Source of the DNA: the human T2T-CHM13v2.0 reference genome, Homo sapiens
Length of the DNA stretch: 64,000 nucleotides
Reading direction: 5' to 3' (one strand)
NCBI RefSeq assembly: GCF_009914755.1
Contig: NC_060940.1
Part shown: positions 60,501-64,000 of the stretch, piece after piece
Position numbering within the stretch: position 1 is the first letter of the stretch
How the letters are laid out: each line of letters starts with the position of its first letter
Notes under the pieces: model-generated
The model's database searches: none
Told to the model about the DNA's origin: nothing
The model's input: the letters and a program-made list of their open reading frames with translations, nothing else
Program-made: the position numbers and the translations under genes

Positions 60501-63500
60501 CATTCCACTTGATTCCATTTGATGACTATTCCATTCAAATCCATTTGATGATTCCATTCGATTCCATTCGATGTTACCATTCGAGTATATACGATGATTC
60601 CACTCGATTTCATTTGATGATTATTCCATTGGAGTCCACTTAGTGAATCCTTTAGATTCTACTCGAAGATGATTCCATTCGAGTCCATTCGATGATACCA
60701 TTCAATTCCATTCGTTGATGCTTCCATTCAAGTGCATTCGATGATATCATTCGATTCCATTTGATGATAATTCCATTTGATTCCATGCGATGATTCTATT
60801 CGATTCCATTCAATGATAATTCCATTCAATTCAGTGATTCCTCTGGACTCCATTTGATGATGATTCCATTCAATGATTCCATTCGATTCTATTCGAAAAT
60901 GATTCCATTTGAATCCATTTGATGATGATTCCATTGGATTCCATTTGATGATTCCATTCGATTCCATTCGATGATGATTCCATTCGATTCCTTTTGATGA
61001 TTCCACTCTATTGTATTCGATGATGATTCCATTCGATTCCATTCGATGATGATTGGATTCGATTCCATTTGATGATTTCATTTGATTCCATTCGATAATG
61101 ATTTCGATCAATTCCATTCGATGATTCCATTCGATTCCATTCGATAATGATTACATCCGAGTCCATTCGATGATTCCATTTGAGCCCGTTCGATAATTCC
61201 ATTTGAGTCCAATAAATGATTCCATTCATTTCCATTCAATGATTCCATTCGAGTCCATTTGATCATTCCGGTAGGGTCCGTTCGATGTTGATTCCATTGG
61301 AGTGCATTCGATGATTCCATTCGAGTCTATTTTAGGATTTGATTCGAGTCCTTTCGATGATTCCATTCGATTCCACTCGATGATTTCATTCGAGTCCATT
61401 CGACACTTCCAATCGATTCCATTTGATGTTTCCATTCGATTCCAATTGATGATTCCATTCAATTCCATTCGATGATGATTCCGTACGATTCCATTCTGTG
61501 ATGATTCCATGTCATTGCATTCAATGATGATTCCTTTCGATTGCATTCGATTATGATTCATTTCGTGTTCATTCTATGGTTCCACAGGTTTCCATTCGAT
61601 GATGTTTCCATTCGTGTCCATTCCATTATTCCATTCTATTCCATTTGAAGATGATTCCATTCGATTCCATTCATTGGTGATTCCACTCAATTCCATTCAA
61701 TGATTCCATTCCATTTCTTTCAACAATGATTCCATTAGTTTCTAATCGATGATCCACTTGATTCCATTTGACGATGATTCCATTCGTGTCCATTCGATGA
61801 TTCCATTTGATTCCATATGATGATGATTCCATTCGATTCCATACGATGATGATTCCATTCGAGTCCATTCAATGGTGATTCCATTCAATTCCATTCGATG
61901 ATTCCTTTCGATTCCATTCATTGATGATGGCATTCGATTCCTTTCGATCATTCCCTTTGATTCCATTCAAAGGTGATTTCATTCAAGTCCATTCGATAAT
62001 TGCATTCGATTCCATTCTATGATGATTCCATTCGAGTCCATTTGATGATTCCATTCAATTCAAGTCAATGATGATTCCATTCGATTCCACTCGATGATTC
62101 CATTGGATTCCATTCGATGATGATTCCATTCAAATCCATTCGATAATTCAATTCAAGTCCATTCGATGATGATTCCAATCGAATCCATTCAAAGATTCCA
62201 CTCAATTCCATTCGATGATGATTCCCTTAGATTCCATTCGATGATTCCACTTGATTCCATTTACGATGATTCCATTCGATTCCATGTGATGATTCCATTC
62301 AATTCTATTCAATGATGTTTCCACTTGATTCCATTCGAACATGATTGCCTTTGATTCCATTCAATGATTCCATACGGTTCCATTTGATGATGATTCCATT
62401 CGAGTGCATTAGATGATTCCATTCGAGTCCATTCGATGATTCCATTCGATTCCATTCGATGTTGATTCTGTTCAAATCCATTCGATGATTCCACTCGATT
62501 CCATTCGATGACTCCATTTGATCCCATTCGATGATTTCCTTTGATTCCCTTTGATGATCATTACATTTGATTCAATTCGGTGATTTCATTTGATTCCATT
62601 CAGTGATGTTTCCATTCAACTCCTTTCGATGATGATTCCATTCGACTCCATTCGATTATGATTTCATTCAATTCCATTCGATAATGATTCCCTTCAAGTC
62701 CATTCGATGATTCCATTCGATTCCATTCAACGATGATTTGATTCGTGTCCATTCGATGATTCCATTTGATTCCATTTGATGATGATTCCATTCGACTCCA
62801 TTTGATGATTCCATTCAATTCCATTCTCCGATGATTTCTTTTGAGCCCATTCAATGCTTCCACTCGATTCCATATGATGATGACTCCATTTGATGAAATT
62901 CCATGATGATTCCATTCGCTTGCATTCGATGATGATTCCACTTGAGTCCGTTAGAAGATTCTATTCAATTACATTCCATGACGATTCTGTTCGAGTCCAT
63001 TTGATGATTCCATTAGACTCCATTCGACGATGATTCCATTCGATGTTATTCGATGATGCTTCCATTCAACTCCATTCGATGTTTCCATTCGAGTTCATTC
63101 TATTATTCCATTAGATTCCATTCGATGATGATTCCATTCGATTCCATTTGATGATTGCATTCTATTTCATTTGATGATGATTCCATTCGAGTCCATTCGA
63201 TGATTCCATTCGAGTCCATTTAATGAATCCATTGGTTTCAATTCTATGATGATTACATTGGATTCCATTCATTGATGATTTCATTCGATTCCATTCAATG
63301 ATGATTCCATTCAATTCCATTCAATGATTCCATTCAATTCCATACGATGATGATTCCATTTGATTTGATTCGACAGTGAGCCATTCGATTCAATTCCATG
63401 ATGATTCTATTTGATTCAATTGGTTGACATTTCCATTCGATTCCATTCGATGATGATTCCATTTGAGTCCATTCAAAGATGATTCCATTCTAGCCCATTC

Positions 63501-64000
63501 AATCATTCCATTCGATTCTATTCAATGATGATTCCATTCATGTCGATTTGGTGATTCCATTTGACTTCATTTGATGATGATTCCTTTCAAGTTCATTAGA
63601 TGATTCCATTCGATTCCATTTGATGATGATCCCATTCGAGTCTATTCAGTGATTCCACTCGTTTCCATTCCATGATGATTCCATTCCATTTCATTCAATG
63701 ATTCCATTCGATTCCGTTTGATGATGATTTCATTCGAGTCCATTTGATGATTCCATTTGATTCCATTTGATGATGATTACATTCGAGTCCATACGATGAT
63801 TCCACTCAATTCCATATGATGATGATTCCATTCGATTCCATTCGATGATTCCATTCTATTCTATTCAATGGTGATTCCATTCGAGTACATTAGATGATTC
63901 CATTCGATTCCATTCAATGATGATTCTATTTGTGTCCCTTAGATGGTTCCACATGATTCCATTTCATGATGATACTATTTGAGCCCATCCAATGATTCCC
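57544..64000 (+). repeat. Second copy of block 42103-48536 (offset 15,441 then 15,464 bp), running off the window end
   Basis: It carries the same alternative segment (58767-60592), the same 16-bp insertion (61599) and the same 72-, 23- and 170-bp deletions (~62395, ~63055, ~63770). Pseudo-ORF pairs 43792/59256, 45264/60728 and 47136/62600 are all 15,464 bp apart. Confidence 0.9.
58767..60592 (+). repeat. Alternative 1.83-kb HSat2 segment (copy 2)
   Basis: Near-identical to 43303-45128 at offset 15,464. Confidence 0.88.

Larger units (their letters stand above)
1..64000 (+). repeat. Human satellite II (HSat2/HSATII) pericentromeric satellite array, CATTC strand on +
   Basis: Seen: continuous degenerate ATTCC-ATTCG-ATTCC-ATTCG-(ATG)1-2 motifs, the frequent variant CATTCGAGTCCATTCGATGAT, dense TCGA sites, and very few pure (CATTC)n runs. 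Known: this 23/26-bp CpG-rich pattern distinguishes HSat2 from HSat3. Confidence 0.97.
40071..64000 (+). repeat. Diverged, rearranged HSat2 domain with variable unit lengths
   Basis: CGTACG landmark spacings become 6089, 4104, 5856 and 9608 bp (35825, 41914, 46018, 51874, 61482). There are more substitutions between copies and multiple indels. Confidence 0.9.

Noticed and set aside
324-62941. Many minus-strand ORFs of 60-132 aa (MESSSNGIEWNHRM..., MDSNGIIIEWNR...)
   Set aside because: They are direct translations of GGAAT/CGAAT/CAT satellite. The minus strand is ATG-rich and stop-poor by composition. The ORFs overlap in several frames, recur with the repeat period, and appear or vanish with single SNVs. 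No domain or gene structure is evident.
1-64000. CRISPR-like or other prokaryotic repeat-spacer system
   Set aside because: The 23/26-bp motifs are contiguous and degenerate, with no unique spacers, leader or cas-like ORFs. The sequence is primate satellite.
1-64000. HSat3 or alpha-satellite assignment
   Set aside because: Pure (CATTC)n runs are only about 3-4 copies long, and CATTCGATTC/ATGATG punctuation dominates, which indicates HSat2. No 171-bp monomer or CENP-B box was seen.
1-64000. Strand inversion or large palindrome within the array
   Set aside because: The CATTC orientation holds on the + strand throughout. Only trivial short palindromes (TCGA, CATATG, CGTACG) occur.

Overview
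The whole 64 kb window is one uninterrupted, single-orientation array of CATTC/GGAAT-type satellite. It has the human satellite II (HSat2/HSATII) signature: CATTCGATTC-like decamers punctuated by (ATG)1-2, giving 23/26-bp motifs. From 1 to about 40,070 it is a near-identical tandem of an exact 6,112-bp unit, which matches the ~6.1-kb HSat2B period known from the chr16q11.2 pericentromere (the location is inferred). From ~40 kb the array is more diverged and rearranged. It contains a ~4.1-kb variant unit carrying a 1.83-kb segment absent from the 6,112-bp unit, units with 10/23/72/170/615-bp deletions, and a ~15.45-kb second-level duplication. I found no credible protein-coding gene, RNA gene, transposon or CRISPR array; every listed ORF is a translation of satellite. 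I see no evidence of a new gene system, and the interesting signal is the array's internal architecture and mutational history.
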